Shown here piece after piece: positions 61,860 to 64,000 of a stretch of DNA of 64,000 nucleotides. Source of the stretch: Candidatus Levyibacteriota bacterium. GTDB lineage: Bacteria; Patescibacteriota; Microgenomatia; Levybacterales; UBA12049. Both the position numbers and the translations under genes were made by a program. The stretch spans positions 65,125 to 129,124 of the forward strand of contig DAIDHL010000003.1 in assembly GCA_027459745.1 (NCBI GenBank). Direction: 5' to 3'. Below the pieces are notes generated by a model. It saw only the letters and a list, made by a program, of their open reading frames with translations, searched no databases and was not told the origin of the DNA. The stretch's first letter is position 1. Each line of letters begins with the position of its first letter.

Positions 61860-63383
61860 TTAATAGTAACGCAGTTGGTATTCCTCCACTTCTAGTCCTG
61901 GAGAGAATGTTTTGACTATCAAGCGCTTATAATGTGTATCCATATAATGCTGAATATCTTTCTGATAACCCTGGTCGTAGGATAAAACAACAAAGATATT
62001 GTTATATTCTTCTTGGTACGACTGCAAATTCTTTTGAAAAGTTGAGAGGTTAAATGCAGGCATCGCTCCATGACTATAAAGATCCCATTTGGGAATAGTC
62101 ACTATTCCCGCTTCTCCTTTGTATGTATAAGCAACTGGATAGATAGTAAAAGGCGCACTGACGGCAATTAAATCAGAAGCCGTAGCTTTCTCATCTAAGA
62201 ATTGTGATACGCCCAAATAATTTTCCTTCACAGGAGTAAATGGTGAAAGATTTTGATAAAATAACAAGCTTAACAATAAACTTAAAAAAATGGCAATTAA
62301 AATATAAGAAGTTCTTTTTGAATAGCTTAAGAGTATCCATGCAATGATAAAAAACAGGGATGGGGTCACAAAAATCAAATAACGAGACAAAAAAATGGGT
62401 TTAAAAAATGAAAGTAGAAAAATTAATAGAATTGGAAAGAAGGCTGTTAGCAAAAAATACCCTTTATACAAAACATGATTAGATTTGCGTCTGGTAAAAA
62501 TAAAAAATAACACCAGAACAATAAGAGGCCATAAAGATACCATTAAAGTCTGTACATCTGAGCTTTGAAAACCGAATAAAAAATTTATAAACGTCGCAAA
62601 AATATCGTAGGATGTTGGTATAGGAATTAGGGGCTGGGTACTAGAAGCAATACCTTGAAAGATAAAATAGATGGCCCAAGGAAGAAAAAATATACCATCT
62701 AAAAATAATAACGAGATATAACGTATAAGAAATCGTCTTTTAGCCCATAACTTTGCCTTTATACTCTCCGAACCAACATTAAAAAAAGTATTAAATGCAA
62801 CGTAAATAAATTGGGTAAAAAGGAAAAAAATAAAGAAATAATGAGAAAACATGCCAAATAGTGTTGAAAGAAAGTATCCTAATTTACCCTTCTCCCCTTT
62901 TGACTTATATAATTGCAAAAAAAACAAATGATCTAGACTAGTTGCCAGTGCAAACATAGTATACATACGTGCTTCATTGCTATACCACAGTATAAAAGGT
63001 GATAGAGAGAATATTGTTACTCCTAGTAGACTCATCGATCTCCCCGCTACTTGTCTATAAACCTTATACAAAACAGGCAATGTCAAAATAAAGAAAATAA
63101 ATGAAAGCCCTCTTACAATTGCAATATTTGTACCAAAAATTTGTATCCAAAAATGCAATAATAATTCATATAAAGGCACCTGTACGTCCTGAGAAATGTA
63201 ATTTATAATACCAGGAACTGATTTTGTGGCCGCCCATAGAGATTGAGATTCATCCAGGCGAATTGATTGATCTGTTACTGTCAATAAGTTTACCCCGATA
63301 GAAATCGCTATTAGTAGACATAGGGTTAAATAGAATATTTTTTTGCTGGGTGATACTAGAGAAATTTTGTCTTTGTCGTCCAT
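61860..63383 (-). CDS. GT-C-fold glycosyltransferase-like polytopic membrane protein (ArnT/PMT_2-like)
   Basis: About 12 TM helices. IRLDESQSLWAATKS in the first extracytoplasmic loop resembles the DE(x)Q/Y motif of GT39/GT83 enzymes. Large C-terminal soluble domain. Confidence 0.5.
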   Translation of the reverse strand: MDDKDKISLVSPSKKIFYLTLCLLIAISIGVNLLTVTDQSIRLDESQSLWAATKSVPGIINYISQDVQVPLYELLLHFWIQIFGTNIAIVRGLSFIFFILTLPVLYKVYRQVAGRSMSLLGVTIFSLSPFILWYSNEARMYTMFALATSLDHLFFLQLYKSKGEKGKLGYFLSTLFGMFSHYFFIFFLFTQFIYVAFNTFFNVGSESIKAKLWAKRRFLIRYISLLFLDGIFFLPWAIYFIFQGIASSTQPLIPIPTSYDIFATFINFLFGFQSSDVQTLMVSLWPLIVLVLFFIFTRRKSNHVLYKGYFLLTAFFPILLIFLLSFFKPIFLSRYLIFVTPSLFFIIAWILLSYSKRTSYILIAIFLSLLLSLLFYQNLSPFTPVKENYLGVSQFLDEKATASDLIAVSAPFTIYPVAYTYKGEAGIVTIPKWDLYSHGAMPAFNLSTFQKNLQSYQEEYNNIFVVLSYDQGYQKDIQHYMDTHYKRLIVKTFSPGLEVEEYQLRYY

Positions 63384-63389
63384 AATTGT

Positions 63390-64000
63390 TTAAGTTAATG
63401 AGGGTTGAAATGATTTGGTTGGACTCACAGATTTACCCCAATTTATACTGGATAAAATAAACGGAACAAACAGCACTGAGTTGAATAGCACCCAGGCCAC
63501 ATTGGCAATATAGGCAGGATTTAACCCCCTATTAAAATATCCCCAGGTAATTGCTACCAGAGCTACTACAATATAAGTCAAGTGAGGAAGGCATAAACCT
63601 AGATAATTACCTGCTTTTTGCTCTTTATCTGTTACAACAAAACCCATTTTTTTACCTGTCAGGATTGACCAGAGAGCAACTAACTGTAGATAGAAACTAG
63701 CTTGGGAAAAAGAAAAAGACCTGAAAGTAATTGTGTGATCGGATACTTGAAAAATGTTATACAAGCTAAGCAAAATATAAGGAATAAAATATAAAGAAAA
63801 CTGGGTAGTGGACACTCCTACGGGTTGCAAGCCAAAAAATAAAAATATCAGGGGAATCATCATATCTATAACGACTATTACCCCATTGAAATAGAATAAA
63901 GCGGAAGAAAAATATTGCAGCTTCTGAGCCGCTGTCAAATTACGCATAAATAAGGGGTTATGTAACAATAATACTTCTAAAGAACCACGTGCCCAACGCA
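63390..64000 (-). CDS. Polytopic membrane protein, partial; the N-terminus runs off the right window edge
   Basis: Hydrophobic ORF continuing to the window edge. Same strand as, and 6 nt from, the GT-C gene. Confidence 0.4.
   Translation of the reverse strand, partial: RWARGSLEVLLLHNPLFMRNLTAAQKLQYFSSALFYFNGVIVVIDMMIPLIFLFFGLQPVGVSTTQFSLYFIPYILLSLYNIFQVSDHTITFRSFSFSQASFYLQLVALWSILTGKKMGFVVTDKEQKAGNYLGLCLPHLTYIVVALVAITWGYFNRGLNPAYIANVAWVLFNSVLFVPFILSSINWGKSVSPTKSFQPSLT

Overview
This 64-kb window looks like a low-GC (~35%), gene-dense bacterial chromosome segment. Its gene content resembles a small-genome, Gram-positive-like or Candidate-Phyla-Radiation-type organism, but that is an inference; no rRNA is present to confirm it. 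TGA is used as a stop codon, so the standard genetic code applies. Core genes I can support directly from motifs are gyrB, ppa, gyrA, folD, dnaB, efp, pepA, yebC, an rluA-family synthase, xerC/D, hisS, hisG, rpmE, prfA, one tRNA-Leu(CAA), an ABC exporter and an MFS transporter. A dispersed type IV pilus set is present: a partial pilD and a pilin at the left edge, and pilB, pilT and pilC at 13.8-18 kb. Three things stand out as accessory. (i) An enzyme cluster at 3.4-12 kb has an E1-like (ThiF) domain fused to a nitroreductase-like domain, next to a PaaK/F390-synthetase-like adenylating enzyme, a Rossmann protein, an FAD oxidase and, 0.8 kb further on, an HDAC-like amidohydrolase. (ii) A surface-display pair couples a Cys-rich, Thr/Pro-linked protein ending in a two-repeat dockerin with a membrane-anchored cohesin-like protein. 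(iii) A yerC-like regulator and a perfect palindrome sit upstream of a DapF-type racemase fused to a GNAT acetyltransferase, a VanX-type D-Ala-D-Ala dipeptidase, and hisG-hisS. I also see a family of structured ~50-nt repeats with a compensatory base change, and a 1.1-kb noncoding region next to xerC that is full of short tandem duplications and GTGAAAA palindromes. Several genes appear to be leaderless, driven by consensus -35/-10 promoters. I found no CRISPR array, rRNA or transposase.
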